Source of the DNA: a virus
Virus record (IMG/VR): IMGVR_UViG_3300030099_006646
Span: 32,001-96,000 of that record
DNA: 64,000 nucleotides
Direction: 5' to 3' (one strand)
Shown: positions 20,990 to 32,100 of the stretch, piece after piece
How the letters are laid out: the number at the start of each line of letters is the position of its first letter
How positions within the stretch are numbered: position 1 is the stretch's first letter
Notes under the pieces: generated by a model
Told to the model about the DNA's origin: nothing
Databases searched by the model: none
What the model saw: the letters and a program-made list of their open reading frames with translations, nothing else
Program-made: the position numbers and the translations under genes

Positions 20990-23900
20990 CATTACCAATA
21001 GACAACGCAACTCTTTTAGGGGATTTTGTTCCTAATGTTTATATCAGCAGGATTATGTTGAGCTACGGTACTCAAACAACAACAGTCCGTGGCGACAGTC
21101 CTCATTATGATATACCAACAAAAGAACAGTATCAGGCAAATGTAGCTCAACAGCAAATAGGTTCTCCTACTATAGATCCACTTGGAAATGACGGTCTAGG
21201 TGGGCAAATGCAACTTGGACAAACGACCCTGTACGAATCAGTATACTCTGGTCTTTACGGAGCAGAAAAAAAGAAAACTGGCATTTCAACTTACTCTAAT
21301 GATGATCCTGGTAAAAACAATAAAACACTCAAGGTAAGAGTAGACTTGGTTGTAAAAGATGTAATAGAAAACAAACTTTTATCTAACTGGTTTAATGAAG
21401 AAAAGCTAAAGGAATATATTAATTTGTCTATTGTTCAATCAACGGATGTAAAATCTACAGAAATGCTGGATTCTATAGATCCTGCTGTAGATTTTGGATG
21501 GTACGGCTTGACCTCTATACCAGGGAAAACTTCTTTAAAAACAATAAACTTAGGAGAAATATATCCCTCGAATGGAGAAGGAGAGACAAGCCCTGCTCAC
21601 AATCAGGGTGGTACTAAGGTTCAATATGACCCCAATCGCTTTAACTCCTACGAATACACAACAAATGATTTAGGACAAAGAGTATATAACATAACATTCT
21701 CTACTACTTTTACCGTTGAGAAGCCAAACGTTAATCACTTGGCATACTTTGTTGTTGCTAACGTCGATAAGAAATTCTTTGAAGACTCTTTTGAACCTTC
21801 TATTGATATTGGAAATGTTCCAGGTCTATACAAGCACTTGACTGGCAAAAAGGCTTTCGAGTTTGTTATCAAGGATGGAAAAACAATCACAGATGCGTAC
21901 TATTATGTTGATAGAGACAATGCGGTATGGCTTGGTGACATTCATTTCATGTATAACCTTCCAGAAGAGGGGCTTGTTTCAGCAAAACAAGTAGCTTCTC
22001 TCAGGGAAGACCAATTGGTAAATATGGTTGGTATTCCAATGAAAGGCAAGACTCATGCTGAAGGACTTGCTTCGGTAGACAGCGAAGAGGACATGTTCTT
22101 AACAGAAGTAAAAGCAACGAACACTACAATACAAGACTTTAGACAAAGAGACGTGGTAGATAAACTAGATATAGATTTTTCTGAAGCAAACAAACTTTTC
22201 TCAGCAAAAGATATAACAGAGGAAAAATTCAAAAATCAAAAGATAGCAGACGGAACTGTATTCCATACTGATTTTTGGGCATCACGAGATATGGACAATA
22301 GACTTAACTTTTGCTTTGGTGTTGACATGAGAGCATTGCTTGTAAAGTATTCTCAATATTCTAAGTTATGGGAGAATCTCTCTAAAAAAGATAAACACTC
22401 CTTATTAATAAGCAAATTTTTCAAAAGCTTGACAATCGTGAGAAAAAGAGTGAAAGCTATTGATGACACTAATCTTTTTGATGAAAATATTCCAGTTCAA
22501 AAAATCGCCAAACGGGGTTATTCTTCTCCTAAAACCGGACTCGTTACTAAGCTGTCTATCGAGTTAGGAGGAGCACCCGGATATGAATACTGTTTTTTCA
22601 GTGGATACGACGAATCTATGAGAGATATATCTGATGGCTTTTATCAATACGGAATAAAGTTTACTTTTGAGGATACATTAAAAAAACTAATTTTAAAGAA
22701 AATAAGAAGCTTGGAGACATCCTTAAAGCTTGCAAAACAATTATATACTATTTCTACACAGCCTCAATATTACAATCTTATATCTGACACATACACGAAG
22801 CTTTATAAAGAAGAACAAAACGATGAGTATTTTGGCATTATTCCTGATCTGCTTAGTAAATTTAATCAAATGTACTCTTTAGTTACAAGCACTAATAGTG
22901 TCAAAAAAGAGGGCTTCTTAGAAAACTTGTTAAACATCTCCTCTCCAAATACAGGAACCCCAGATGGGCTAGAGTTTATTATCAACATGATTGAAGAGTT
23001 TTTGGAAAAAATATTGTCTATCTTTTCTTTGAAAAGTGTATCTGCAATATCAGACTCAGGGACGAACGCATACAGCCCTTCAGGAGTTAAATCTTCAAAG
23101 CAAATAGCCTTTTTAGATGGAGAGACTTATTTTGGTGAAATATTTGACGCTAGTATGAGAAACAGTGGCTATGAATATCTATCTTATGGAGTGCAATCAG
23201 AACTGCCAGAAAAGCTAGGTATTAAAAGAATATCTTATTTAGATTTTGAAGAAAGAGCACTTGCCGAAAATCTAAAGTATTTTACAGATGAAACTGCGGC
23301 AGTGCCAATTAAACTAAAATACAAGAACAAAGGGATTCAATTTGAATCTAACTTGATAGAAGATAAATATACGTTTCTCTCGCCTTCTTGTATAAAAATG
23401 CCAGAGTCAGGAAAGATAATAACACTGCCATTTACTTCACCTGAAGACCCCAATTATGATTCCCAGTCTTCTCCTGTAAACATACAGTATGAAGCTTTGA
23501 ATAGTTTTTATCTAGAGATAATAAAAAAACTCTTGATAGGTCAAGACGCTGGCGTGTTATTAAATAAAAACAACACTGCTCAATCGCAAAAGTCACTCTT
23601 GACTAGTGTTTTATCCGCCAAGGGCTTGTCATTTGGACTTGCTGCAACAGAAGGTATACCTGCAAAAGAAGCGCTGGTGCAGCAATTAATAGAGAACGAT
23701 GGTCCCCTTGTTCAAGCCGTCATACCTCAGTTAGAATTAGATGAAGAAAAACAAGTCCCCCCTGAGTTTGTAGAAGAACCAAACTACAATGATGCACTGT
23801 TTTTTATGTCAAACCCAAACAACAGAAAAGATAATATTAAGCTATTTGAACAGTTTCCAACATTCTTGAAAGCACTAAGAGGAAATGGATTTCTTCCTTT

Positions 23901-24561
23901 AAACGAAAACGATCTTAAAGGAATACCAAATCATTTTAAACAGTTAATCACATTAGACCCTAGTCCAGAGGATACAGGAGTAGACACAACTTACCTAAAA
24001 GATAACTTAAACTTTTTTGAAAACAATATAGAAAACATAGGTGACCTAGCAACTGGTAAAAACAATTTTGGTATTTTTATTAACTACTTCAATCTTGTTC
24101 AAATAGAATATCTAGAAGGATTTATTTTCAACAACATTAAAGGACCACACTGGAGCAAATTAACACCAGAAACATTCAGTAATATAAAATCTAATGACAA
24201 ACCAGTGCTTTGCAGACTAAGATATTACACTAATAAAAAACTTGGAGTTACAAGAGATAGTGCTGTTGATCTTCCCATATATGATAAGTATTTTATCCTA
24301 GCTTCTATGAAGGAGCTTTCTCATTTGCCTAATTACAAAGGCGGTGATGAGATGATAAAAGATTTTAATAAAATGTCAAAGCATAAGAAAACTATGGATA
24401 ACGTTGACTCAGAGAATTTAGGCGCAGGCGGTCCATCCAAAGGTAAAAAGGCAAATGAAAAAAGCAAAAAACTTGGCACCACTCTGAGCGTTGAGGGAGG
24501 CTTCACGGGTGATGGCTTCAACAGCGGCGCAGGCGGCGGCGGCATGGGCGGCTCTTATTAA
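20986..24561 (+). CDS. Hypothetical large virion protein
   Basis: About 1190 aa. Start placed at ATG 20986 (AGGGGAG SD, ATGA overlap with the previous stop). Gly-rich C-terminal tail. Confidence 0.55.
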   Translation: MTLPIDNATLLGDFVPNVYISRIMLSYGTQTTTVRGDSPHYDIPTKEQYQANVAQQQIGSPTIDPLGNDGLGGQMQLGQTTLYESVYSGLYGAEKKKTGISTYSNDDPGKNNKTLKVRVDLVVKDVIENKLLSNWFNEEKLKEYINLSIVQSTDVKSTEMLDSIDPAVDFGWYGLTSIPGKTSLKTINLGEIYPSNGEGETSPAHNQGGTKVQYDPNRFNSYEYTTNDLGQRVYNITFSTTFTVEKPNVNHLAYFVVANVDKKFFEDSFEPSIDIGNVPGLYKHLTGKKAFEFVIKDGKTITDAYYYVDRDNAVWLGDIHFMYNLPEEGLVSAKQVASLREDQLVNMVGIPMKGKTHAEGLASVDSEEDMFLTEVKATNTTIQDFRQRDVVDKLDIDFSEANKLFSAKDITEEKFKNQKIADGTVFHTDFWASRDMDNRLNFCFGVDMRALLVKYSQYSKLWENLSKKDKHSLLISKFFKSLTIVRKRVKAIDDTNLFDENIPVQKIAKRGYSSPKTGLVTKLSIELGGAPGYEYCFFSGYDESMRDISDGFYQYGIKFTFEDTLKKLILKKIRSLETSLKLAKQLYTISTQPQYYNLISDTYTKLYKEEQNDEYFGIIPDLLSKFNQMYSLVTSTNSVKKEGFLENLLNISSPNTGTPDGLEFIINMIEEFLEKILSIFSLKSVSAISDSGTNAYSPSGVKSSKQIAFLDGETYFGEIFDASMRNSGYEYLSYGVQSELPEKLGIKRISYLDFEERALAENLKYFTDETAAVPIKLKYKNKGIQFESNLIEDKYTFLSPSCIKMPESGKIITLPFTSPEDPNYDSQSSPVNIQYEALNSFYLEIIKKLLIGQDAGVLLNKNNTAQSQKSLLTSVLSAKGLSFGLAATEGIPAKEALVQQLIENDGPLVQAVIPQLELDEEKQVPPEFVEEPNYNDALFFMSNPNNRKDNIKLFEQFPTFLKALRGNGFLPLNENDLKGIPNHFKQLITLDPSPEDTGVDTTYLKDNLNFFENNIENIGDLATGKNNFGIFINYFNLVQIEYLEGFIFNNIKGPHWSKLTPETFSNIKSNDKPVLCRLRYYTNKKLGVTRDSAVDLPIYDKYFILASMKELSHLPNYKGGDEMIKDFNKMSKHKKTMDNVDSENLGAGGPSKGKKANEKSKKLGTTLSVEGGFTGDGFNSGAGGGGMGGSY

Positions 24562-24576
24562 TAAAAGGTAACAATA

Positions 24577-27243
24577 ATGCCAGAACAATACACATCTGAA
24601 AATGAAAAGCAACTTTTATCAAAAAATAAAAGAAACAGGTTTGTCAATAAATCTATTGCAGAGTTTATAAACCCTGCTACTGGACTAGTATCAAAAGAAA
24701 GTGTAACAGACAACTTTAGAAGCGATGTAATGAACTATTGGAAATGGAATGATGTAGCGGGAGCTGTAACGTATAATACTCCTCTACAAATGTCTCAGAC
24801 TCCAGAGTATGCAGTAAACGATTCTAAAAAGAAAATAATGAAATTCCTCAGTGCTGATTTAGGGGCAAAAGTATCTTTAAGAAAAATCCAACAAACAATA
24901 GACAATAACATTCCCGGTCAGATTGAGGAGCTTTATGAGGTTTATATTAATGGCACAGATGCAGAAATAGCGCAAACAAGCCCGTTTGTCGCTGAAGCCC
25001 CGGTAACTTGGTGGAGAGACTGGTGTTTATCAAAGTTCTCTAATGGCGCTATGAATGAAGACATAGTTTTTAGTATGAACAGACCTGAGACAAAAACTCT
25101 AAATGAAGAAACGTCTTTTTTCGAAAGAAACTTTGTGAAAATTAAAGGAAACTACAATTATCTTAAACTAGGATATGAAAAGTTAATCAGTGGATTGAGA
25201 GATGATGTTTTAGATGATGATCCAGAAGTTTTTAATGAAAAAGTTCTTCCAAATCTATACACTTACATGTCCGTCGTGAGTGTCAACAATAAAATTATTA
25301 GTGCCAATAAAAACCAGAAAAACGCTAACCCGAATCCAACTAAAATAATCGGTAAGTTTAAAAATCATCTTACTTTAAATGGACTACTTGAAGATTTTGA
25401 TACAGAGTCTTTGTTCTATAAGGAGACTAAAAATGATAAAGAGCCTTTTACCTATAATAGATTCGACTTGGCAAACAACAGTATTAGTAATTATTTAGAT
25501 CTTTGGACAGACGCGGCAGCTTTCAGAAACAAGATGCACATGAATGCTGATTCTTTTCTAGAGGAAGCCCAAGCAGGATACAGTGAAATACTTTTTTCTG
25601 AAGCTGATTTTAATATAATAAACAATTATAACTCGGCGGCTTCTATGTTCCCTATGAATATACAAATTCAAATTGAACCTGAGCAAAATAAATCTGTGTT
25701 TAGAGCGCTTAAAGCTACTAAGTATAATCCTTTTATGTTGAGATATATTGCCACTAGCGAAGGAAGTCTCGGCTTTGACTCTTTGTCATCAAATGAAGAA
25801 ATAACTGAGGACACACCTCTTACTTCTTTACCTTTCAGTGATTTTCTCGAACAAGCTAAAAACGGAGACTTAGCACTCGACCCTGGTTTAAAAAAGGATT
25901 ACGTCTACATTGGATCTGCGAACGATGAGTATGACTTTGAAGCCCCGCAGAACAGCTTGTTTACGAAATTAATGTCACTAGGTCTTGAATCAAAAATGAA
26001 TTCTTTGATAAACTCCACTTCACGAACCTGGGAAGACATTCTACAAGGAGATGAATGTTACGAAGAGACAGTTGTATATGAAGTTGAAAAGTGGACCGCA
26101 GGCGGCGGTGGACAATTACTAAATAAGGTTCAGACCTTCTATCTGCCTAATGATGATACAGATATGATAGAGATGTTTGATACGCAAGTAAAATATAATA
26201 AATTTTATGTGTATAGGATATATGCCCACAAGGTCGTATTCGGCACACAATACCAGTATAATCTAGGAGAAGCTTCTATATCTGTTACTCCAAGCAAAAA
26301 GTCTGCTTTATTAACAGTCACGACAAGTCCATCGATAAAAATCATTAGAGTTCCTTACTATAATGTAGATCAGTTTGGTCTTGACATAACCGGTCCAGGG
26401 ACTGGAGTATTTTCACTCCCCTCACATAATACAACTATTGTTATAGATGAAGCTCCTCTTCCTCCTGAGATCGAGTTTGTCCCTTATATCAAAACTCCCT
26501 CTACATTGCTTATAAATCTAAAAGACACCATAGGGACAATGAAACAACTTTATCGCCCTATAGAAGAACAAGATGTTGAACAGTACCAAGTCTTACTAGA
26601 AAACCAGCTTAAAAACGACTATAACCTAAGCAAAGAAGAGCTTGCTGAAATCGACATATTCAACAATGAAGTGTTTTTTAAATCCGAAGAACCATCACAA
26701 TATTTGCAGATTTTTCAAACTGTCATAAAACCAACTAGTTATAGTGATTTTCAAGATTCTGAAAAACAACTATTAAACGGACCAAATAATTCTGTTAAAG
26801 TAGACTTAAATTTCAATCAAAAATATTATTTCACTTTCCGAGCTATAGATTATCACGGAAAGTTTTCTAACCCTACTGATGTTTACGAAGTAGAAATAAA
26901 AGAAGAAGATAATTTTGCTTATCCGGTGATTAGAATCTTCAACATAGAAGAAGAAACGAAAGCTGATCTTTTAAAGAAAAAAGAACAAGAAACAAACTTT
27001 TCAACAAAAGGTAAAAAATATATTCATATTAAACCAGCATACCACCAGTGGATAATGAAAGAAAAATATGTCGAAGAAGATTATGATAGCGCATTCGACA
27101 TTCCTGATTTTGAAATAGGTGAAGCAGAAGAATCAGTCTTCAGAAAAGACAGGAGATTTAAGATCAGACTAACGTCTAAAAAGACGGGCAGAAAAATAGA
27201 CTTAAATGTCAAATTTAAACAAAGACAAGAAAAACTTTACTAG
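24577..27243 (+). CDS. Hypothetical virion protein, possibly with Fn3-like C-terminal beta domains
   Basis: DTQVKYNKFYVYRIYA and KYYFTFRAIDYHGKFSNPT resemble Fn3 strand patterns. Confidence 0.5.
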   Translation: MPEQYTSENEKQLLSKNKRNRFVNKSIAEFINPATGLVSKESVTDNFRSDVMNYWKWNDVAGAVTYNTPLQMSQTPEYAVNDSKKKIMKFLSADLGAKVSLRKIQQTIDNNIPGQIEELYEVYINGTDAEIAQTSPFVAEAPVTWWRDWCLSKFSNGAMNEDIVFSMNRPETKTLNEETSFFERNFVKIKGNYNYLKLGYEKLISGLRDDVLDDDPEVFNEKVLPNLYTYMSVVSVNNKIISANKNQKNANPNPTKIIGKFKNHLTLNGLLEDFDTESLFYKETKNDKEPFTYNRFDLANNSISNYLDLWTDAAAFRNKMHMNADSFLEEAQAGYSEILFSEADFNIINNYNSAASMFPMNIQIQIEPEQNKSVFRALKATKYNPFMLRYIATSEGSLGFDSLSSNEEITEDTPLTSLPFSDFLEQAKNGDLALDPGLKKDYVYIGSANDEYDFEAPQNSLFTKLMSLGLESKMNSLINSTSRTWEDILQGDECYEETVVYEVEKWTAGGGGQLLNKVQTFYLPNDDTDMIEMFDTQVKYNKFYVYRIYAHKVVFGTQYQYNLGEASISVTPSKKSALLTVTTSPSIKIIRVPYYNVDQFGLDITGPGTGVFSLPSHNTTIVIDEAPLPPEIEFVPYIKTPSTLLINLKDTIGTMKQLYRPIEEQDVEQYQVLLENQLKNDYNLSKEELAEIDIFNNEVFFKSEEPSQYLQIFQTVIKPTSYSDFQDSEKQLLNGPNNSVKVDLNFNQKYYFTFRAIDYHGKFSNPTDVYEVEIKEEDNFAYPVIRIFNIEEETKADLLKKKEQETNFSTKGKKYIHIKPAYHQWIMKEKYVEEDYDSAFDIPDFEIGEAEESVFRKDRRFKIRLTSKKTGRKIDLNVKFKQRQEKLY

Positions 27244-27273
27244 TAATAAAAACTTTTACAAATGAATAAAAAC

Positions 27274-27284
27274 AACTATTTATA
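27274..27284 (+). promoter_or_regulatory. Putative phage late promoter motif AACTATTTATA (representative copy)
   Basis: The same core recurs upstream of many genes (6251, 15438, 33717, 44423, 51862, 55561, 55918, 58601, 61715). Confidence 0.65.
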
Positions 27285-27325
27285 AAAAGTGTGTGTAATG
27301 TCTAATTATACAAGGAGATAAAATA

Positions 27326-28255
27326 ATGGGCTTTCTAGACAACAGCGGTGACATCATTCTTGATGCAGTTTTAACAGATACAGGGCGCTTTCGCTTGGCT
27401 AAGGGCGACGGGAGCTTTAAGATTACAAAGTTTGCTTTAGGTGACGATGAAATCGATTATTCAAAGTATGACAAGAATCACCCAAGTGGTTCCGCTTATT
27501 ACGACTTAGATATCATGCAAACACCAGTTTTTGAGGCTTTCACGAATAACGCATCCAGCATGAAATCTAGATTAACGTCTATGGCTAGAAATAACTTGCT
27601 TTACCTACCTATCATCAAGATAAACGAGCAAAATCCTGAAAACGCCAGATATGCAGTAAACAATTCTTTTTTGGTCGCTGTTGACCAAACAACCGAAACT
27701 CAGCTTTTTAACGATGGTACTACAAACACAAGCGGCATTCTCCAAGGACAAACACTTACAAAAGGAAATTTTATTCTTCTTGAGCAGGGTCTTGATACAA
27801 CAGAAATACCCGATAGTGTAACCATCGATTCAGATCTTGTTGAATCGCAATATATCATTGAGATTGATAATAGATTTGGAAAAGTCGCTACAACAAAAAA
27901 TAGCTCCATTGCAAACCCTTCTTACATTGACGATGATAATATCGCCAGCTACTTCTTTTCATTATCGCAGAATAATGACTATGTAATGGACAGTTGGACG
28001 GGTAAGATTAATCCAGACAAAAACACTCAAGCAAACGTCAAAGGCATTCGAGGTCCAAAAGGAACTAGATTTGAGTTTATGATTGCTTCTTCTTTGGATT
28101 TGGCAACAAGCACATACTTATTTGAAACTCTTGGCGGCTCCGGTTATCCAATCGGTTCTAATAACTACCGCTTTATTGATTCGAATATTAGGATTATCGG
28201 TGGAACCACTGGGTACACACTTGATATTCCAATTAGATACATTAAGGCACAATAA
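27326..28255 (+). CDS. Baseplate/tail-fibre attachment protein (N-half of P2 gpH-like anchor domain)
   Basis: DAVLTDTGRFRLAKGDGSFKITKFALGDDEIDY; AAGGAG SD. Confidence 0.6.
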   Translation: MGFLDNSGDIILDAVLTDTGRFRLAKGDGSFKITKFALGDDEIDYSKYDKNHPSGSAYYDLDIMQTPVFEAFTNNASSMKSRLTSMARNNLLYLPIIKINEQNPENARYAVNNSFLVAVDQTTETQLFNDGTTNTSGILQGQTLTKGNFILLEQGLDTTEIPDSVTIDSDLVESQYIIEIDNRFGKVATTKNSSIANPSYIDDDNIASYFFSLSQNNDYVMDSWTGKINPDKNTQANVKGIRGPKGTRFEFMIASSLDLATSTYLFETLGGSGYPIGSNNYRFIDSNIRIIGGTTGYTLDIPIRYIKAQ

Positions 28256-28267
28256 CGAGGAACACAA

Positions 28268-29413
28268 ATGGCTACAACTTTTAAGACACTTACAAACAAC
28301 GACGTAACTTCAACAAGAACTCTCTTGCACGAAGCTATACCTATCACTGGCTCTATTGTGTCAGGTACTTACAATGGCGCAGGCACAGTTGTCTTGGGCT
28401 CAGAAGAAAATATTAAAACCTATTCTCACGGTATGTTCCAATCTGTATATGATTATCCTTACCTTAGTTCCTCGGCTAATCATATTTTTGATATTACACT
28501 TGGCTACTCTACTGGAGGGAACTCTCTTTCTGCTTCAAGTAATACGCAAAACTCTAAGAAAGTTAATATTTACAATGAGTTATCTCAAGTTCTCGCCGGG
28601 TACGACGCCACAGGTTCTGTTTTGCGTTTCGATGAAGATGGAAATATTGTAGACGGCGGAACAAAATTAGATAACTGCTTCTTTCTTAACTTTTCTCGTT
28701 TGCTAAATAAGGATGAGATCAAAAAAGGATCTTTTAATCTTCAACTAGGAGTAGAGCCTGCATACAGTCAAGTACCAGGCGGCACAACATCCACTAAGCT
28801 AATTTCAATCCAAGATATTAGCGGAACAAGCGGCTATAAAGTAAACTCCCCAGCCGGTGAATATGGTGTCTTGTTTGCTACCGGATCAAACCACGCTCAG
28901 GGCACAGTTATCAGCGGCTCTGGACTTGTTGGCGACGGCAATCCTTGTGGTCTTATTTTCTATCAAGCTGGTATTGCAGTTATTTCAGGATCTGTTTTTA
29001 ACGACGAGGCTGACGGAGGAGTTTTGGCTAATTCTCTTGGAACTAGCAGGCTAGGATCTACCGCTGGGCAAACAGGTTTTAATGCAGTCACTGGATCTTC
29101 TATCAATACCATTGCCGATGGAATCAGAAACAGAATTTATAATGTTTCGTTCAACAATACCACAGAACTTAACTCAACAATTTATTTCTGTAGAGCTAAT
29201 CATAATGATTTCAACTACAGCTCAAATCCAACTTACTTAAATAATAGTAAAATTAGGGTTAAGAATCTCTCAACAGATGCACCTGTTTCATATATTACAA
29301 CAGTTGGTCTTTATTCTGCTGATAATGAGTTGCTCGCTGTGGCAAAACTTTCTGAACCTCTCAAGAAAACCCCCGAGACAGAACTTACACTAAGAGTAAG
29401 ATTGGATTACTAG
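28268..29413 (+). CDS. Baseplate/tail-fibre attachment protein (C-half of gpH-like anchor domain)
   Basis: C-terminal YITTVGLYSADNELLAVAKLSEPLKK. Confidence 0.6.
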   Translation: MATTFKTLTNNDVTSTRTLLHEAIPITGSIVSGTYNGAGTVVLGSEENIKTYSHGMFQSVYDYPYLSSSANHIFDITLGYSTGGNSLSASSNTQNSKKVNIYNELSQVLAGYDATGSVLRFDEDGNIVDGGTKLDNCFFLNFSRLLNKDEIKKGSFNLQLGVEPAYSQVPGGTTSTKLISIQDISGTSGYKVNSPAGEYGVLFATGSNHAQGTVISGSGLVGDGNPCGLIFYQAGIAVISGSVFNDEADGGVLANSLGTSRLGSTAGQTGFNAVTGSSINTIADGIRNRIYNVSFNNTTELNSTIYFCRANHNDFNYSSNPTYLNNSKIRVKNLSTDAPVSYITTVGLYSADNELLAVAKLSEPLKKTPETELTLRVRLDY

Positions 29414-29423
29414 GCGTCATGCT

Positions 29424-30626
29424 ATGGCTTTATACAAATTTGGACCAAACGATGTTTTTGTTAGTAGATTAAAGACGTATCCACATACAAATTTTTTAAT
29501 CTACTCTGGTTCATATTATTACAACAGCAAGACAGCTCAATCTGGCGCTTTTTCAAACCCTGTTAAGAACGTCCCGGTTGGGAACATTAGTCTTTATGAA
29601 CTAAACATTGATAGACCTTCGGATAGCCTTATCTATCCTTTTACTACCAAAGAAGGTAGCTTAGATTCTTTTAACACTGTATCTACTAATGATTTCATGG
29701 GCTTTGACTATGGAGACACAATCACTGGTAGTTATTTTTTATCTGCTACTATCGATAGAAGGTTTTATTTAGAATATGTAGCCGACTTGCCTATTCCTAC
29801 TTCTAACGTATCTTATCGCCCACACATAATGGCACTTAAAAACACAACAAACGACTACATGCGCTTAAGTCCTCATTATGAATATTCAGCTTCGCTTACT
29901 AACCCTCTGGGAGGTTGGGATAAAGATAGGCAAATGATGACCATGATTAGCATTCCATCTATTTTTTATGGTTCATCAATCAAGAAAGGCTCGGTGGACT
30001 TAAAATTTTACACGACAGGCACTTTAGCGGGACAGCTATTAGATTACTATAAAAATGGCGAACTTATACAGTTTTCAGGCGCAGTCCCAGCCAATGACGG
30101 AAAATGTGCAGGCACCGTCCTTTACGATCAGGGGATTATCTTACTAACAGGTTCTTGGACCATTTCTGGTCACAGGGAACAGTTTAGGGATGGTGCTACA
30201 CAGTACAATACTGCTTGGGTTTACTTCGGAGCGTCAGGGTCTGCTGGTAACAATTACCTTTTGAACTCTAGTTTTACGTTAGATTTTAAAGGAACAGAAA
30301 AAATTCCTAATATTACAATGCTTGCCCACGCACCTCAGAACAAACTAAACAACTCAAACAACCCTACATTTCTTGAGACAAGTACAAATGCGAACGCTTA
30401 TGTCACCGGCTCAACGATTTATAAAGAATATGACAGTTTAGGTGTTAAAAATATCGTAAAAAGCCCTTATAATAATTATACTGCAAGTTTTCAAAGAGAA
30501 ACTTACATTTCAGAAATAGGAATATACGATAAGGACAAAAATCTTATTGCGATTGCAAAGTTAGCTAATCCAATAAAGAAAACAGAAGAAAAAGATTTTA
30601 CTTTTAAATTGTCCGTAGACATATAA
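29424..30626 (+). CDS. Paralog of the 28268 protein
   Basis: Shares IKKGS, N.S.NPT and C-terminal YISEIGIYDKDKNLIAIAKLANPIKK motifs with 28268. Confidence 0.6.
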   Translation: MALYKFGPNDVFVSRLKTYPHTNFLIYSGSYYYNSKTAQSGAFSNPVKNVPVGNISLYELNIDRPSDSLIYPFTTKEGSLDSFNTVSTNDFMGFDYGDTITGSYFLSATIDRRFYLEYVADLPIPTSNVSYRPHIMALKNTTNDYMRLSPHYEYSASLTNPLGGWDKDRQMMTMISIPSIFYGSSIKKGSVDLKFYTTGTLAGQLLDYYKNGELIQFSGAVPANDGKCAGTVLYDQGIILLTGSWTISGHREQFRDGATQYNTAWVYFGASGSAGNNYLLNSSFTLDFKGTEKIPNITMLAHAPQNKLNNSNNPTFLETSTNANAYVTGSTIYKEYDSLGVKNIVKSPYNNYTASFQRETYISEIGIYDKDKNLIAIAKLANPIKKTEEKDFTFKLSVDI

Positions 30627-30635
30627 GTTAGATAT

Positions 30636-31172
30636 TTGATTTTAGCCCTAGACATTTCAACCAGCATTACAGGAGTAACAATACTTGAAAAAGATGGAAC
30701 TCTTGTTTATAATGATGCATGGGACACACGAAAATACAAAAACTTTTTCGAAAAGGTAGAGTATGTTGAGAAGAACATTAAAAAGCTTCATAATAACGGC
30801 TTCGGAATCAGAAGAGTATATATTGAGCAATCTCTCCAGTCTTTCAGATCTGGATTCTCGTCGGCTAAAACTCTGTCAACTCTCGCTCGTTTTAATGGGG
30901 TGGTGTCATGGCTGGTATATCGAATATTGCAGATTGAGCCACAGTACTTAGCTGCGACTTCTGCTCGCAAGCTATGCGGCATTAAAGTTCCACGAGGAAC
31001 AAAAGCAAAACAAGTTGTTATACAGCACATTCTAGATAATGTCCCAGAAATTCAAATAGAGTATACAAAGCAAAACAACATTAAGCCTCATTGTTACGAC
31101 AAGGCAGATAGTTGGGTTATTGCTAAAGCAGGGCTTATACAATGTCAACAGGAAGAAAAACAGCAATCATAA
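30636..31172 (+). CDS. RuvC-like Holliday junction resolvase
   Basis: ILALDISTSITG, VYIEQ and YDKADS provide the RuvC catalytic acidic residues; TTG start. Confidence 0.8.
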   Translation: MILALDISTSITGVTILEKDGTLVYNDAWDTRKYKNFFEKVEYVEKNIKKLHNNGFGIRRVYIEQSLQSFRSGFSSAKTLSTLARFNGVVSWLVYRILQIEPQYLAATSARKLCGIKVPRGTKAKQVVIQHILDNVPEIQIEYTKQNNIKPHCYDKADSWVIAKAGLIQCQQEEKQQS

Positions 31173-32083
31173 AGGATATCTTTGGGGCTTGTTACGGCTC
31201 CGGTTCCGAAATGCTGTTTCACTGCCCTAAATGTGAACACCACAAGCGCAAACTTTCTATTAACATAGAAAAGGATGCTTGGAAGTGCTGGGTTTGCGAT
31301 TGGTCAGGACGAAACTTAACCAAGATTGTCCGCCGCTATGGCGACCTTTATCACAAGAAGAAATGGTCAGAACTTGTAAATAAAGTCGAACTTGCTTCTT
31401 TTGAAGAAAAGATGTTTGCTATCGAGGAAGAAGAACCAGAACAAAGGGTCGAACTTCCAAAAGAGTTTAAGTCTTTAGCCAACAAAGCCGTTCCTCGTTC
31501 AGCAGGACAAGCCCTTCGTTACTTGCGAGAAAGAGGAATAAAAAAAGACGACATTATAAGATGGAAGATTGGTTATTGTGAAGACGGAGAATTTGCCAAG
31601 CGAATCATCATACCATCCTTTTCCTTAAATGGTCATAGCAACTACTTTATTGCCCGTTCCTACGATGGGCACTGGAAAAGATACCTAAACCCCAAGGCAT
31701 CCCGTAACATCGTTTTTAACCACCTTTTCTTGGACTTTGAGGACGATCTAACAATAGTCGAGGGAGCATTTGACGCAATCGTCGCAGGACCTAATGCAGT
31801 TCCCCTTCTAGGCTCAACCCTTCGTGAAACATCCAAGTTATTCCACGAGATTGTAAGAAACGATACAACAGTCTACATGGCTCTTGACCCTGACGCAAAA
31901 GCAAAAGAACACAAAATAATCGAACTTTTGTTAAAATACGGCGTCCAAGTCTACAAAATAAATCTAAATGATTACGATGATGTAGGAGAAATGACTCCCG
32001 AGGACTTCAAAAAAAGAAAGGAAAACGCTTCTTTTGTAGAGGATAAATTCTATTTACTTATGGAAAAGACGCTTGGTCTTTAG
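31142..32083 (+). CDS. DNA primase (DnaG-like, Zn finger + TOPRIM)
   Basis: CPKC...WKCWVC zinc-binding domain; RIIIP; IVEGAFDA and LDPDA TOPRIM motifs. Confidence 0.9.
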   Translation: MSTGRKTAIIKDIFGACYGSGSEMLFHCPKCEHHKRKLSINIEKDAWKCWVCDWSGRNLTKIVRRYGDLYHKKKWSELVNKVELASFEEKMFAIEEEEPEQRVELPKEFKSLANKAVPRSAGQALRYLRERGIKKDDIIRWKIGYCEDGEFAKRIIIPSFSLNGHSNYFIARSYDGHWKRYLNPKASRNIVFNHLFLDFEDDLTIVEGAFDAIVAGPNAVPLLGSTLRETSKLFHEIVRNDTTVYMALDPDAKAKEHKIIELLLKYGVQVYKINLNDYDDVGEMTPEDFKKRKENASFVEDKFYLLMEKTLGL

Positions 32084-32100
32084 CAAGGGAGACATTAAAA

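Noticed and set aside
24495-24561. GroEL-like GGM tail (GAGGGGMGGSY)
   Set aside because: Low-complexity terminus only; no chaperonin motifs in the protein.
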